Below, in pieces: positions 9,319 to 19,989 of a DNA stretch of 28,589 nt; position 1 is the stretch's first letter, and each line of letters opens with the position of its first letter. The notes beneath the pieces are model-generated. The model worked only from the letters and a program-made list of their open reading frames with translations. It made no database searches and was not told the DNA's origin. The DNA lies in assembly GCA_004214195.1 (NCBI GenBank), contig SGZK01000001.1, forward strand, positions 1 to 28,589, read 5' to 3'. The position numbers and the translations under genes were made by a program. The DNA is from Flavobacteriales bacterium (GTDB taxonomy: Bacteria > Bacteroidota > Bacteroidia > Flavobacteriales > Flavobacteriaceae).

Positions 9319-10389
9319 ATGGATTTAAATATAGCGGTTTTATCTGGAGATGGAATAGGACCTGAGGTAACAAATGAGGCAGTTAAAGTAATAGATGTTA
9401 TATCTAAAAAATTCGATCATAAAGTCAATATTTCAGAAGGATTAACTGGGGCAATTGCAATAGATAAAAAAGGTAATCCTTATCCTGATGAAACACATCA
9501 AATATGTGAAAAATCTGATGCAGTACTTTTTGGTGCAATAGGAGACCCTAAGTATGATAACGATCCAAGTGCAAAAGTTAGACCAGAGCAAGGTCTACTT
9601 GAAATGCGAAAAAAACTTGGTTTGTATGCTAATTTACGTCCAACTATTGTGTTTGAATCACTTATTAATAACTCACCTTTAAAAAAAGATAGAATTCAGA
9701 ATACAGATCTGATTTTTGTCAGAGAATTAACTGGAGGTATCTATTTTGGAGAAAGGGGAAGAAAAGATAATGGAAATTTTGCTTATGATACATGTGAATA
9801 TAATAGACATGAGGTTGAAAGGATAGCTCAATTAGGCTTTGAGATGGCTCTTAAAAGAAAAAGAAAACTTTGTTGTGTTGATAAAGCAAATGTTCTTGAA
9901 TCGTCAAGACTATGGAGAGAGACTGTTCAAAATATGGAATCTAGATTTCCTGATGTAAAAGTTAGTTATGAATTTGTTGACGCAGTTGCAATGAGATTGA
10001 TTCAATGGCCCAGCGAATATGATGTTTTAGTTACAAGTAATTTATTTGGTGATATTCTAACAGATGAAGCTTCAGTAATTTCTGGTTCAATGGGCTTAAT
10101 GCCATCAGCATCAATAGGAGCAAAAAACGCTCTATATGAACCAATTCATGGTTCCTTCCCTCAAGCTGCTGGAAAAAATATTGCAAATCCAATTGGTTCT
10201 ATTCTTTCATTGGCTATGATGTTTGAACATTCATTCAATCTAGAAAAAGAATCTAATATTATTAAACAAGCTGTACAAAATTCTTTAAAAGAAAAGATAA
10301 CTACACAAGATATTACTGGAAATGATAAAAGCTATACTACAAGCGATGTGGGTGATTTTATTTGTAATAACATTAATTCTTTTTCATAG
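9319..10389 (+). CDS. leuB: 3-isopropylmalate dehydrogenase
   Basis: [65 protein letters not shown]. Confidence 0.98.
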   Translation: MDLNIAVLSGDGIGPEVTNEAVKVIDVISKKFDHKVNISEGLTGAIAIDKKGNPYPDETHQICEKSDAVLFGAIGDPKYDNDPSAKVRPEQGLLEMRKKLGLYANLRPTIVFESLINNSPLKKDRIQNTDLIFVRELTGGIYFGERGRKDNGNFAYDTCEYNRHEVERIAQLGFEMALKRKRKLCCVDKANVLESSRLWRETVQNMESRFPDVKVSYEFVDAVAMRLIQWPSEYDVLVTSNLFGDILTDEASVISGSMGLMPSASIGAKNALYEPIHGSFPQAAGKNIANPIGSILSLAMMFEHSFNLEKESNIIKQAVQNSLKEKITTQDITGNDKSYTTSDVGDFICNNINSFS

Positions 10390-11845
10390 CAGTCATGTGC
10401 TGCCTTAGCTCTGAACCAATTTTTTCAATTGAATGTTCTTCTATATTATCATTTATAACTTTTAATCTTTCCTCATCAATTTGATTATTGCTTTTACTTA
10501 AAACATCTGTTCCAATTATATCAGAATCTATATTGCTAAAAAAGTCTTTTAACAGAGGGATTGCATCATTGTTAAATAAGTAACAGCCATATTCAGCAGT
10601 ATCTGATATTATGTTGTTCATTTCATATAGTTTTTTTCTTGCCACTAAATTTGCTATTAGTGGAAGTTCATGTAATGACTCATAATAAGCTGACTCCTCT
10701 TTAATTCCATTATTTACCATAATTTCATAAGCTAATTCAACACCTGCTTTAACAAAAGCAACCATGATAATACCATTGTCAAAGTATTCTTGTTCTTCAA
10801 TGTTTTGGTTTGTTGAAGGTGTTTTTTCGAATTCTGTTTGACTAGTTTCTTCTCTCCAATTTAACAATTCATTATCATCATTTTCCCAGTCTTTCATCAT
10901 TGTAGATGAAAAAGTTCCCGTAAGAATATTTTCCATATGTTTCTTAAATAGTGGGGTCAATATCTCCTTTAGATCTTCAGATAAATCATATGCTTTAATT
11001 TTAGCAATATCAGTTAATCTATCCATCATTTTTGTAATACCACCGTGTTTTAGTGCTTCAGTAATAGTTTCCCATCCATGCTGGACTAATTTAGAGGCAT
11101 ATTTTAGATCAATTCCTAATTCAGACATTCTATTAAAAGATAGTATTGAACCCGTTTGAAGCATTCCGCAGAGAATAGTTTGTTCACCCATTAGGTCTGA
11201 TTTTACTTCTGCAACAAATGAAGACTCAAGAACTCCAGCTTTATGAGATCCTAGTGCAACTGCATAAGCTTTTGATGCATCTAAGCCAATATTTTTGTAA
11301 TCATTATCAGGATGAACTGCAATCAAAGTAGGAACTCCAAAACCTCTCAAATATTCTTCTCTAACCTCTGAACCTGGTGATTTAGGTGCAACCATTATTA
11401 CAGTTATATCCTCTCTTACTTCCATCCCCTCTTCTACTATATTAAATCCATGAGAATATGAAAGTATAGAATCCCTTTTCATTAAAGGCATCAATTGACT
11501 TACAACAGGGGTATGGTTTTTATCTGGTGTTAAATTTATGACTAAATCAGCGCCTGGAATCATGTCATCAAAATTTCCGACATTAAAATTATTTTGTGTA
11601 GCATTAACAAAGGATGGCCTATTAGATCTAATAGAAGATTCTCTTAATGCAAAGGAAATATCTAATCCTGAATCACGCATATTTAATCCTTGATGCAATC
11701 CTTGAGAACCACAACCAACAATTACTATTTTTTTGTCTTTCAAAAATGAAACTCCATCATTAAATTCTGAGGAATCCATAAACCTACATTTTCCAAGCTG
11801 AATTAGCTTTTCTTCTGGAGATAATTTGTTAAAATAATTTGTCAT
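10373..11845 (-). CDS. ilvC: Ketol-acid reductoisomerase, long (class II) form
   Basis: [48 protein letters not shown]. The 490-aa length with a duplicated knot domain is like E. coli IlvC. Confidence 0.98.
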   Translation of the reverse strand: MTNYFNKLSPEEKLIQLGKCRFMDSSEFNDGVSFLKDKKIVIVGCGSQGLHQGLNMRDSGLDISFALRESSIRSNRPSFVNATQNNFNVGNFDDMIPGADLVINLTPDKNHTPVVSQLMPLMKRDSILSYSHGFNIVEEGMEVREDITVIMVAPKSPGSEVREEYLRGFGVPTLIAVHPDNDYKNIGLDASKAYAVALGSHKAGVLESSFVAEVKSDLMGEQTILCGMLQTGSILSFNRMSELGIDLKYASKLVQHGWETITEALKHGGITKMMDRLTDIAKIKAYDLSEDLKEILTPLFKKHMENILTGTFSSTMMKDWENDDNELLNWREETSQTEFEKTPSTNQNIEEQEYFDNGIIMVAFVKAGVELAYEIMVNNGIKEESAYYESLHELPLIANLVARKKLYEMNNIISDTAEYGCYLFNNDAIPLLKDFFSNIDSDIIGTDVLSKSNNQIDEERLKVINDNIEEHSIEKIGSELRQHMTAMKKN

Positions 11846-12387
11846 TTCTTTTTCTTTTTTTGATTTTTAAATTTATTTAAAATTTCTGATATCCCCATCT
11901 TAGATTTTGTTACAGCAATCCTTCCAGATCTTGTAAATTGTAACAAACCATATGGGGCTAAATCATTATATAACTTATCTGTCTCATGCCTAAAGCCTGT
12001 TTTTTCTATTACAAAAAATTCTGGATTAACTGTTATTATCCTTGCATTAGATTTTTTAATGAATTTTTGAATCTGCTTTTCTTCAAAAAGAGAGTTTGAT
12101 TTAACCTTATAAAGAGCCGTTTCCTGAAAAATGGTCTCTTCATCTGTATGATAAAATGCCTTAATAACATCAACCTGCTTTTCAATTTGTTTAATAACTT
12201 TTTCAATTCCACTTTGAGTCATTTCTACAACAATTATAAATCTAAAAACATTTTCAATTTCACATTCTGATGTTGTAAAACTTTCAATATTTATGTGTCT
12301 TTTTAAAAATATAGTAGAAATTCTGTTCAATAGACCTACACTATTTTCTGTATATATCGAAACGGTATATTGTATTTTTTTTTCCAT
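11842..12387 (-). CDS. ilvN: Acetolactate synthase small (regulatory, ACT) subunit
   Basis: [27 protein letters not shown] motif, [22 protein letters not shown] at 12387 sits 1 nt after the ilvB stop. ATGA overlap with ilvC. Confidence 0.95.
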   Translation of the reverse strand: MEKKIQYTVSIYTENSVGLLNRISTIFLKRHINIESFTTSECEIENVFRFIIVVEMTQSGIEKVIKQIEKQVDVIKAFYHTDEETIFQETALYKVKSNSLFEEKQIQKFIKKSNARIITVNPEFFVIEKTGFRHETDKLYNDLAPYGLLQFTRSGRIAVTKSKMGISEILNKFKNQKKKKK

Positions 12388-12388
12388 T

Positions 12389-14086
12389 TTATTCAAGTCT
12401 TATATCTGAAACTGAAGCTCCTGATGGTATCATAGGGAAGACATTATCTTCCTTTTCAACACATATTTCAAGAACATAAGGTTTCTTTGATTCTATCATT
12501 CTTTTAACTGCAGGTTCAAGATCGGATCTCTTTTCTACCCTTTCAGAATCTAAAAAGTACGCTTTAGCTATAGAAACAAAATCTGGATTAACCATTTCAG
12601 TAGAAGCATATCTTTTGTCAAAAAATAATTGCTGCCATTGTCTTACCATTCCCAGAAAATCATTATTTAATATAACTATTTTAACAGGTAATTGTTGTTG
12701 AAATATTGTGCCTAATTCTTGAATAGTCATCTGATACCCCCCATCACCTATTACTGCCACAACCTCTCTATTTGGGGCACCCATCTTAGCTCCTATAGCA
12801 GCAGGAAGGGCAAAACCCATTGTTCCAAGCCCACCAGATGTAATATTACTTTTAGATTCAATAAAGTTAGCATATCGACAGGCTACCATTTGATGTTGCC
12901 CAACATCAGAAACAATTATAGCTTTTCCTTTAGTAAATTTATTTATAGCAATTATTGATTCACCCATTGTTAATCCCTTTTTCTTAGGTGTTAAATCATA
13001 TTTTATTACTTTATTAAATTCCTTTTTCATTAAATCATCAAATCTTTTTAACCAATTTTTATATGATTTTGTTTTTATATTTTTTGACAACATTCTTAAT
13101 GAATCCTTACAATTTCCTATTACAGGAACATCAACTTTAATATTTTTATTAACTTCTGCTGGGTCAATCTCTAAATGAATAACCTTAGCCTGTTTAGCGT
13201 ATGTACTTGTATCTCCAGTTACCCTATCGTCAAATCTCATTCCAATAGCAATTAATAGATCACATTTATTTGTCAGAATATTAGGTCCATAATTACCGTG
13301 CATTCCAACCATACCAACATTTAGTCTATGAGAAGTAGGTAAAGCAGAGGCTCCTAAAATAGTCCAAGCTGCAGGGATTCCACTTTTTTCAACAAAATCT
13401 TTAAATTCTTTTTCAGCATTTCCAAGAATAACCCCTTGACCCCATACAATTAATGGTTTTTTCGCATCATTTATAAGTTTAGCTGCCTCTAATATTTTAT
13501 TTTTATCAATCTTTGGAATTGGAGTATAACTTCTTATACCAATACATTTTTTATACTTAAAATTAAGCATCTCAAATTGTGCATTTTTTGTAATGTCAAT
13601 TAATACTGGGCCTGGCCTTCCAGATTTAGCTATATAAAATGCTTTTGCGATAACATCTGGCACCTCAGATGCTTTTGTAATCTGATAACTCCACTTTGTT
13701 ACAGGCATTGAGATTCCAATAATATCAGTCTCTTGAAATGCGTCTGAACCCAAAAGATGTGCTGGCACTTGACCAGTAATACAAACTATCGGAGTTGAAT
13801 CAATCTGGGCATCAGCAATTCCTGTTACTAAATTTGTAGCTCCCGGACCAGAAGTTGCAATTGCAACACCTACTCTTCTTGAAGATCTAGCATATCCTTG
13901 GGCTGCATGAACAGCTCCTTGCTCATGTCTTGTAAGAACGTGATGTATTTTATGTTGGAATTTAAAGAATTCATCGTATACGGGCATTATAGCACCGCCT
14001 GGGTATCCGAATACAAGATCAACATTCTCTTTAATTAATGATTTTATTACAGCCTCTGCTCCTGATATATTTTTATTATTTTTCAT
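12389..14086 (-). CDS. ilvB: Acetolactate synthase large subunit (biosynthetic)
   Basis: FGYPGGAIMP, RHEQGA, TSGPGATN, RFDDRVTG, DVGQHQM, SGGLGTMGF, ThDP motif GDGGYQM...NNDFLGMVRQWQ. Start moved to ATG 14086 (565 aa). Confidence 0.97.
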   Translation of the reverse strand: MKNNKNISGAEAVIKSLIKENVDLVFGYPGGAIMPVYDEFFKFQHKIHHVLTRHEQGAVHAAQGYARSSRRVGVAIATSGPGATNLVTGIADAQIDSTPIVCITGQVPAHLLGSDAFQETDIIGISMPVTKWSYQITKASEVPDVIAKAFYIAKSGRPGPVLIDITKNAQFEMLNFKYKKCIGIRSYTPIPKIDKNKILEAAKLINDAKKPLIVWGQGVILGNAEKEFKDFVEKSGIPAAWTILGASALPTSHRLNVGMVGMHGNYGPNILTNKCDLLIAIGMRFDDRVTGDTSTYAKQAKVIHLEIDPAEVNKNIKVDVPVIGNCKDSLRMLSKNIKTKSYKNWLKRFDDLMKKEFNKVIKYDLTPKKKGLTMGESIIAINKFTKGKAIIVSDVGQHQMVACRYANFIESKSNITSGGLGTMGFALPAAIGAKMGAPNREVVAVIGDGGYQMTIQELGTIFQQQLPVKIVILNNDFLGMVRQWQQLFFDKRYASTEMVNPDFVSIAKAYFLDSERVEKRSDLEPAVKRMIESKKPYVLEICVEKEDNVFPMIPSGASVSDIRLE

Positions 14087-14088
14087 TC

Positions 14089-15759
14089 TTATTCGTCTGT
14101 TACACATCCCTTTGATGCATTTGAAACTGATTTAACATATTTATGTAAAATTCCTTGATTTATTTTTAAGTCTGGTTTTATCCATTTTTTTCTTCTTTCA
14201 CTTATCTCAACTTCTGTAAGATCAACACTAATAACGTTATTTTTTGAATTAATTGTAATCACATCTCCATCTTCAACTAATGCAATTGTACCTCCTTCAA
14301 AAGCTTCTGGAACAATATGTCCAACTACAAAACCATGAGTTCCTCCAGAGAATCTTCCATCTGTAATTAAAGCAACATCATTTCCTAAACCTGCTCCCAT
14401 TATAGCTGAAGTTGGTTTTAACATTTCAGGCATACCAGGACCACCTTTTGGTCCTTCGTATCTAATTACTACTACTTCTCCTTTATTAACTTTCGAGTTT
14501 TGAATTGCATCTATAGTTTCAAACTCACTGTTAAAAACTTTTGCAGGACCAGAAAACACTAATCCTTCTTTACCAGTAATCTTTGCAACAGAACCTTCTT
14601 CTGCAAGATTTCCTTTTAAAATCTGAATATGACCACTTCCCTTAATAGGTTTAGATAAAGGAAAAATAATATCATTAGAAAAATCTAAACTCTTAACATT
14701 TGATAAATTTTCTTCAATAGTTTTTCCAGTTACAGTTAGACAATCTCCATTTATCATGTTATTTTCAAGCATATATTTCAATACACTTGGGATACCTCCT
14801 ATTTCATGAAGATCCTTCATCAAATATTTTCCACTTGGTTTTAAATTTGCAAGAAAAGGAGTTGAATCACTAATTTGTTGAAAATAATCAATTGATACAT
14901 CTATATTTGCAGCCTTTGCGATTGCAAGAAAATGCAGAACTGCATTTGTCGAGCCACCAAGAACTGTAACTAACCTTAATGCATTTTCAAGAGATTTAAG
15001 TGTAACTATATCTAAAGGTTTGATATCATTTTCTATCAATGATTTAATTGAGGCTCCTATTTCTTTACACTCGTCAATTTTATTCTGGCTTGTAGCTGGA
15101 TTAGATGAGTTAAAAGGTAAAGACATACCTAAAGCCTCTATAGCTGAAGCCATAGTATTGGCAGTATACATTCCACCACAAGCCCCAGGTCCTGGGCAAG
15201 CATTCTTTATTACATTTTTAAATTCAGTCTCATCTATTTGTCCTGCAACTTTTTCTCCCCAAGCTTCAAATGCAGATACTACATCAAGCTCTTTGTTTTT
15301 ATAACAACCAGAATCTATTGTACCTCCATATACTAGAATACTAGGTCTGTTAAGTCTTAACATTGCCATTAAAGCACCAGGCATATTCTTATCACATCCT
15401 ACTACGGTTATAAGTCCATCATATGACATTGCTTGAACAACAGTCTCAATTGAATCAGCTATTATGTCTCGTGAAGGTAAAGAATATCTCATTCCGAATG
15501 TACCCATAGATATACCATCACTAACACCTATAGTATTAAATATTAATCCTACTATTTCAGAATTGTTAATACTGGTTTTTACATGAGTGGATAGATCATT
15601 TAGATGCATATTGCAAGGGTTTCCTTCATATCCAGTGCTTGCAATTCCCACAAATGGTTTTTTAAAATCTTCATCTGTCAGACCAATAGCATGCAGCATA
15701 GCTTGAGCAGCTGGTTGAGAGGGATCCTGAGTTACATTTTTACTGTATTTATTAAGCAT
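14089..15759 (-). CDS. ilvD: Dihydroxy-acid dehydratase
   Basis: [55 protein letters not shown]. Start moved to ATG 15759 (MLNKYSK..., 556 aa). Confidence 0.98.
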   Translation of the reverse strand: MLNKYSKNVTQDPSQPAAQAMLHAIGLTDEDFKKPFVGIASTGYEGNPCNMHLNDLSTHVKTSINNSEIVGLIFNTIGVSDGISMGTFGMRYSLPSRDIIADSIETVVQAMSYDGLITVVGCDKNMPGALMAMLRLNRPSILVYGGTIDSGCYKNKELDVVSAFEAWGEKVAGQIDETEFKNVIKNACPGPGACGGMYTANTMASAIEALGMSLPFNSSNPATSQNKIDECKEIGASIKSLIENDIKPLDIVTLKSLENALRLVTVLGGSTNAVLHFLAIAKAANIDVSIDYFQQISDSTPFLANLKPSGKYLMKDLHEIGGIPSVLKYMLENNMINGDCLTVTGKTIEENLSNVKSLDFSNDIIFPLSKPIKGSGHIQILKGNLAEEGSVAKITGKEGLVFSGPAKVFNSEFETIDAIQNSKVNKGEVVVIRYEGPKGGPGMPEMLKPTSAIMGAGLGNDVALITDGRFSGGTHGFVVGHIVPEAFEGGTIALVEDGDVITINSKNNVISVDLTEVEISERRKKWIKPDLKINQGILHKYVKSVSNASKGCVTDE

Positions 15760-15945
15760 AGAAAAATATATAATTCTAAAATTATAAATCAATAATCTAC
15801 TTGTGAAATCAAATAAAGTATATTAATTACATTCAATTTTAATTTGGCGATGTTAAATGCCTGTATAATAAACATTTACAACAATTTATTTCCTATAGCC
15901 AAATAAAAATTTTAAATTTCTAAAGTTTTAAAGGTACATAAATTA

Positions 15946-15953
15946 TAAATTTG
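15946..15953 (+). promoter_or_regulatory. -7 element (TAAATTTG) for the ALDH-nitroreductase pair
   Basis: Exact TAnnTTTG. It overlaps the track's TTG start at 15951, so the real start is probably downstream. Confidence 0.55.
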
Positions 15954-15974
15954 TGGTCTATGGATGCATCAAAA

Positions 15975-17339
15975 ATGAATGATATAATTAATTCTCAGAA
16001 AGATTTCTTAGATTCCAATTCTAATAGTATTAATTCGAGAATTTTAATTTTAAAAAAATTACTCATAAACATAAAAATATTTGAAGAAGAAATTTATGAA
16101 GCTCTTTCTAAAGATCTTCGTAAAGCTAAATTTGAATCTTTTCTAACAGAAATTCTTCTTGTCGAAAAAGAAATCAAACTTTTTATAAAAAATCTAAATA
16201 AATGGTCTAAAGACAAAAGAGTAAGAGCATCAATATTAAACTTTCCTTCAAAAAATTATCTAAAACCAGAACCATACGGAAAAGTACTTATTATCACTCC
16301 GTGGAATTACCCATTTCAACTGTCTTTAACACCTTTAATTGGAGCTTTTAGCTCAGGAAATACAGTTGTAATTAAACCATCTGAATTGGCACCTAATACA
16401 GCATCTGTATTAAGTAGGTTGATTAAAGAAACCTTTCCAGAAAATATTGTTTCAGTTATTGAGGGAGACGCTGAAGTTTCAAAGAACTTATTATCTAAAA
16501 AGTGGGATTATATTTTTTTTACTGGAAGCACAAGAGTTGGGAAAATTGTAGCAAGTGAAGCTGCAAAAAATTTAACTCCAATAACACTTGAATTAGGAGG
16601 GAAAAGCCCTTGTATTATTGACAAAGGGGTAAATATTGAAAAGGCAGCGAAAAGAATTGTATCCGGTAAATTTATCAATTGTGGCCAAACTTGTATAGCT
16701 CCAGATTATATTTTAGTTAATGATGAAATAAAATCTAAGCTTATTGATCGTCTTAAAATTGAAATTGTTAAAATATATGGCAATAAACCTAATCAATCTG
16801 ATGATTACGGAAGAATTATTAGTAAAAATCATGTTGATAGATTAATAAAAATAATTAATGGTCAAAATATAGTTTTTGGCGGTCATTCAAATAAAGAAGA
16901 TAAATATATTGAACCAACATTAATTATAGACCCTGATATTAACTCACCAATTATGTCAGAAGAAATATTTGGACCTATTCTTCCAATAATATCTTATAAT
17001 GATGTCAGGGAAATAGAAAAGGTAATATTGAAAAATCCAAACCCTCTTGCCTTTTATGTTTTTTCAAATAATAAGAAATTTATAAATCACTTGATTAATA
17101 ACTTCTCTTTTGGAGGATGTGTTATAAATGATACTCTTATCCATTATATTAATTCAAACCTTCCATTTGGAGGAATTGGAAATAGCGGGATGGGTGCTTA
17201 TAGAGGGAAACATAGCTTTGATACATTTTCTCATTATAAACCTGTTCTAAAGAAACAATCAATGCTAGATATTCCATTCAGGTTTGGCCCATATCCAAAA
17301 TCATTTAATACTTTAAAAAAACTATTAAGTAAGTTCTAA
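15975..17339 (+). CDS. Aldehyde dehydrogenase (ALDH3/YwdH-like); substrate unknown
   Basis: PWNYP, KPSE, FTGS, LELGGKSP, catalytic GQTCIAPDY, EEIFGPILP, PFGGIGNSGMG. Start probably ATG 15975 (A at -3); ATG 15960 is an alternative. Confidence 0.93.
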   Translation: MNDIINSQKDFLDSNSNSINSRILILKKLLINIKIFEEEIYEALSKDLRKAKFESFLTEILLVEKEIKLFIKNLNKWSKDKRVRASILNFPSKNYLKPEPYGKVLIITPWNYPFQLSLTPLIGAFSSGNTVVIKPSELAPNTASVLSRLIKETFPENIVSVIEGDAEVSKNLLSKKWDYIFFTGSTRVGKIVASEAAKNLTPITLELGGKSPCIIDKGVNIEKAAKRIVSGKFINCGQTCIAPDYILVNDEIKSKLIDRLKIEIVKIYGNKPNQSDDYGRIISKNHVDRLIKIINGQNIVFGGHSNKEDKYIEPTLIIDPDINSPIMSEEIFGPILPIISYNDVREIEKVILKNPNPLAFYVFSNNKKFINHLINNFSFGGCVINDTLIHYINSNLPFGGIGNSGMGAYRGKHSFDTFSHYKPVLKKQSMLDIPFRFGPYPKSFNTLKKLLSKF

Positions 17340-17341
17340 AA

Positions 17342-18058
17342 ATGGAAAAAACTGTATCTGAAGCTATAAAATACAGAAGATCTGTAAGGAGATTTGACAA
17401 AAATCTAGAGATAGATGAGAACATTGTAAAAAAATGTATTGAAAATGCAGTTCTTGCTCCAACAAGTAGTAATCTTCAATTATGGGAATTTTATCATATC
17501 ACAGATAAAAATTTACTTGAAAAAATTTCTAAATCTTGTTTTAATCAACCAGCTGCTAGAACTGCAAAGCAACTTGTTATTACAGTTGTAAGAAGAGATT
17601 TATGGAGAGAGCGAGCTAAAGATAATATAAAGTTTCAAGAATCAAATAAAGAAAGTATGAGTGAGCGGGAATATAAATTAGTTATTAAGTATTATAAAAC
17701 CGCAATTCCCTTGGCTTATAAAAACTTTCTAGGAATTTCAAGTTATATTAAATATCTATATGCTTGGCTTATAGGATTATTTAGAGTTATATATAGACAA
17801 TTAAGAAAATCTGATATGAGAATAGTTGCCCATAAAAGCGCTGGGCTTGCATCACAGAACTTTATGATTAGCATGGCTGGTTATAATTATGACACGTGTC
17901 CTATGGAAGGGTTTGACTCTATTAGAGTAAAGAAGATATTAAAGCTAAATAAATCAGCTGAAATAAGTATGATAATTGGATGTGGAATAAGAAGCTCCAA
18001 AGGAGTCTATGGAAAAAGATTTAGAATCCGATTCGAAAAAGTTTATAAAAAAAGATAA
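17342..18058 (+). CDS. Nitroreductase-family FMN-dependent oxidoreductase
   Basis: IKYRRSVRRF, LAPTSSNLQLWEF, AGLASQNFMISMAGYNYDTCPMEGFD. Confidence 0.92.
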   Translation: MEKTVSEAIKYRRSVRRFDKNLEIDENIVKKCIENAVLAPTSSNLQLWEFYHITDKNLLEKISKSCFNQPAARTAKQLVITVVRRDLWRERAKDNIKFQESNKESMSEREYKLVIKYYKTAIPLAYKNFLGISSYIKYLYAWLIGLFRVIYRQLRKSDMRIVAHKSAGLASQNFMISMAGYNYDTCPMEGFDSIRVKKILKLNKSAEISMIIGCGIRSSKGVYGKRFRIRFEKVYKKR

Positions 18059-18066
18059 TCGTCAGT

Positions 18067-19989
18067 TTATTTTAATGACTCAGAAATAGAAAGATCTAAC
18101 CAGTTTTTAAAATTACTTTCGGAAGCATATTGTATAGGTTCACTTAAAATTTCACCTGTTGGTTTCATGGCAACATAATATGGTTGTGAAGCACTCTTAA
18201 AATTTAAAAATTGAAAAACAGACCATTTTTGACCTGTTGTATTAACATATTGAGTTTTCCCAAGATCATTTATATATTTAAACTTATCATTATAATCTAA
18301 CTCTGTTCTATCATCTACATATAAAGATATAATTACAAATTCATTATCTAAAAGATTATAAATACTTGGTTTAGACCAGACATTTTCTTCCATTCTTCTA
18401 CAATTTGCACATGCCCATCCTGTAAAATCAAGTAAAACCAGTTTTTCATTTTCTAAAGCATAACTTCTACCCTCTTCAAAACTCTTATAACAATTCAACC
18501 CAAGTGGACATTGATTTTCAGAATTTTCAATTGTATAAAACTCAGGAGGAAGAATTCCACTTAAAAATCTTACATTACTGCTACTATAAAGACCTGAAAT
18601 TAGATATATTGAAAATATCAGGGAAGTCCATCCCGAAATACTTTTAAAATTTAATTTAGGTTTTTCAAAATAAGATCCTAAATGATATACCGCAAGCGAT
18701 AAAAATATTAAAATCCATATTAGAATAAAAACTTCTCTTTTTAAAATACCCCAACTTCCAACTAAATCTGCGTTTGAAAGGAACTTAAATGCAAGTGCCA
18801 ATTCTAGGAACCCTAATGTAACTTTCAACTTTTTCAACCAAATTCCAGAATTAGATAGTACAGAAAGATATTTTGGATAAAATGCAAGCAAAGTAAATGG
18901 AAGCCCTAAAGATATTCCAAACCCAAGCATACCAATACTTAATTGGGTTGCACCTGATGCAGGATTAGCAAGAGAGCCAGCTAATAATGACCCAAGAATA
19001 GGTCCGGTACATGAGAATGAAACCAATGTTAATGTTAATGACATGAAAAATATTCCTATTATTCCACCCTTGGAAGATTTTGAATCAGATCTATTAATTA
19101 TAGAATTTGGTATAGTTATGTCAAAATAACCAAAGAAAGAAATTGCAAAAATTATGAATACTATAAAGAATAAAATATTCACATAAATATTTGTGGCAAT
19201 TGAATTAAGAATATTTGGATTTAAACTGTCAAAAACATGAAATGGTAAACTTAAAGAAGCATAAATTAATACAATGAAAAATCCATATAATGATGCTGAT
19301 TTTAAACTTGAAAATTTTAGTTTAGTTTCATCCAGAAAATATGAAACAGTAAGAGGTATCATTGGAAATATACATGGTGTTAGTAGAGCTAGAAATCCTG
19401 CAATCAAACCAAAAATAAAAATCTCTATAAAATTGATTGACTCTGTAAAATTATTTGAGACAAGTTCCGTTTTCTTAAAATCAAATTTCAATTCATTATA
19501 TTTATTCATATCATCTAGAGTAACATTATCATCAATAATTAGTTCTTTAGATGGATCAGTTGGAATATTAAATGTCTCATTTCTAAAAACACATAATTCG
19601 TCATCACATGAGGAATAAAAAATCTCAACTTTAAATGATTCAGAATTTATGTTCTTTAAATCAATTATATTATAAAAACTAGCTTCATTAACGAAATATG
19701 GAAGGTCTAACTTAAAAACATTATCATAACCAATAATAGGTTCAGTTTCATAAAATTTTTCTTCTTCATTAGAAATCAGTTCAGAATTAAAAAATTTAAA
19801 TTCAGTGGCATTACCTTCAATTGGAGAGTATTGAGAATAGAGTTTCCAGCCATCTATAATTTCAGCATTGAAAGTCAGTTTGAATTTATTATTTTCAATC
19901 TTATCTAATTCATATTGCCATTTAACTGGTTCTTCAGATTGTTGAAAAAAAGAAAAGAAAGAGATTAAAAAAGCTAGTACTTTAATCAT
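18067..19989 (-). CDS. dsbD: DsbD/CcdA-family thiol:disulfide interchange protein (N-domain, TM domain, thioredoxin domain)
   Basis: N-domain CDDELC, TM cysteines TPCIFPMIP and SCTGP, C-terminal DFTGWACANC thioredoxin motif. Confidence 0.92.
   Translation of the reverse strand: MIKVLAFLISFFSFFQQSEEPVKWQYELDKIENNKFKLTFNAEIIDGWKLYSQYSPIEGNATEFKFFNSELISNEEEKFYETEPIIGYDNVFKLDLPYFVNEASFYNIIDLKNINSESFKVEIFYSSCDDELCVFRNETFNIPTDPSKELIIDDNVTLDDMNKYNELKFDFKKTELVSNNFTESINFIEIFIFGLIAGFLALLTPCIFPMIPLTVSYFLDETKLKFSSLKSASLYGFFIVLIYASLSLPFHVFDSLNPNILNSIATNIYVNILFFIVFIIFAISFFGYFDITIPNSIINRSDSKSSKGGIIGIFFMSLTLTLVSFSCTGPILGSLLAGSLANPASGATQLSIGMLGFGISLGLPFTLLAFYPKYLSVLSNSGIWLKKLKVTLGFLELALAFKFLSNADLVGSWGILKREVFILIWILIFLSLAVYHLGSYFEKPKLNFKSISGWTSLIFSIYLISGLYSSSNVRFLSGILPPEFYTIENSENQCPLGLNCYKSFEEGRSYALENEKLVLLDFTGWACANCRRMEENVWSKPSIYNLLDNEFVIISLYVDDRTELDYNDKFKYINDLGKTQYVNTTGQKWSVFQFLNFKSASQPYYVAMKPTGEILSEPIQYASESNFKNWLDLSISESLK

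Noticed and set aside
10373-11845. Possible NADH-preferring IlvC
   Set aside because: The cofactor loop [13 protein letters not shown] keeps the Arg/Arg/Ser residues typical of NADPH-dependent long-form KARI.
12719-15795. Plus-strand ORFs 12719-12958, 15020-15304 and 15604-15795
   Set aside because: Antisense shadows of ilvB and ilvD.
15821-15832. ATGTAAT(A/T)AAT shared by the leuA (4638-4648) and ilvD upstream regions as a common operator
   Set aside because: Almost all A/T, found at different distances from the starts, and likely by chance in roughly 80% AT DNA.
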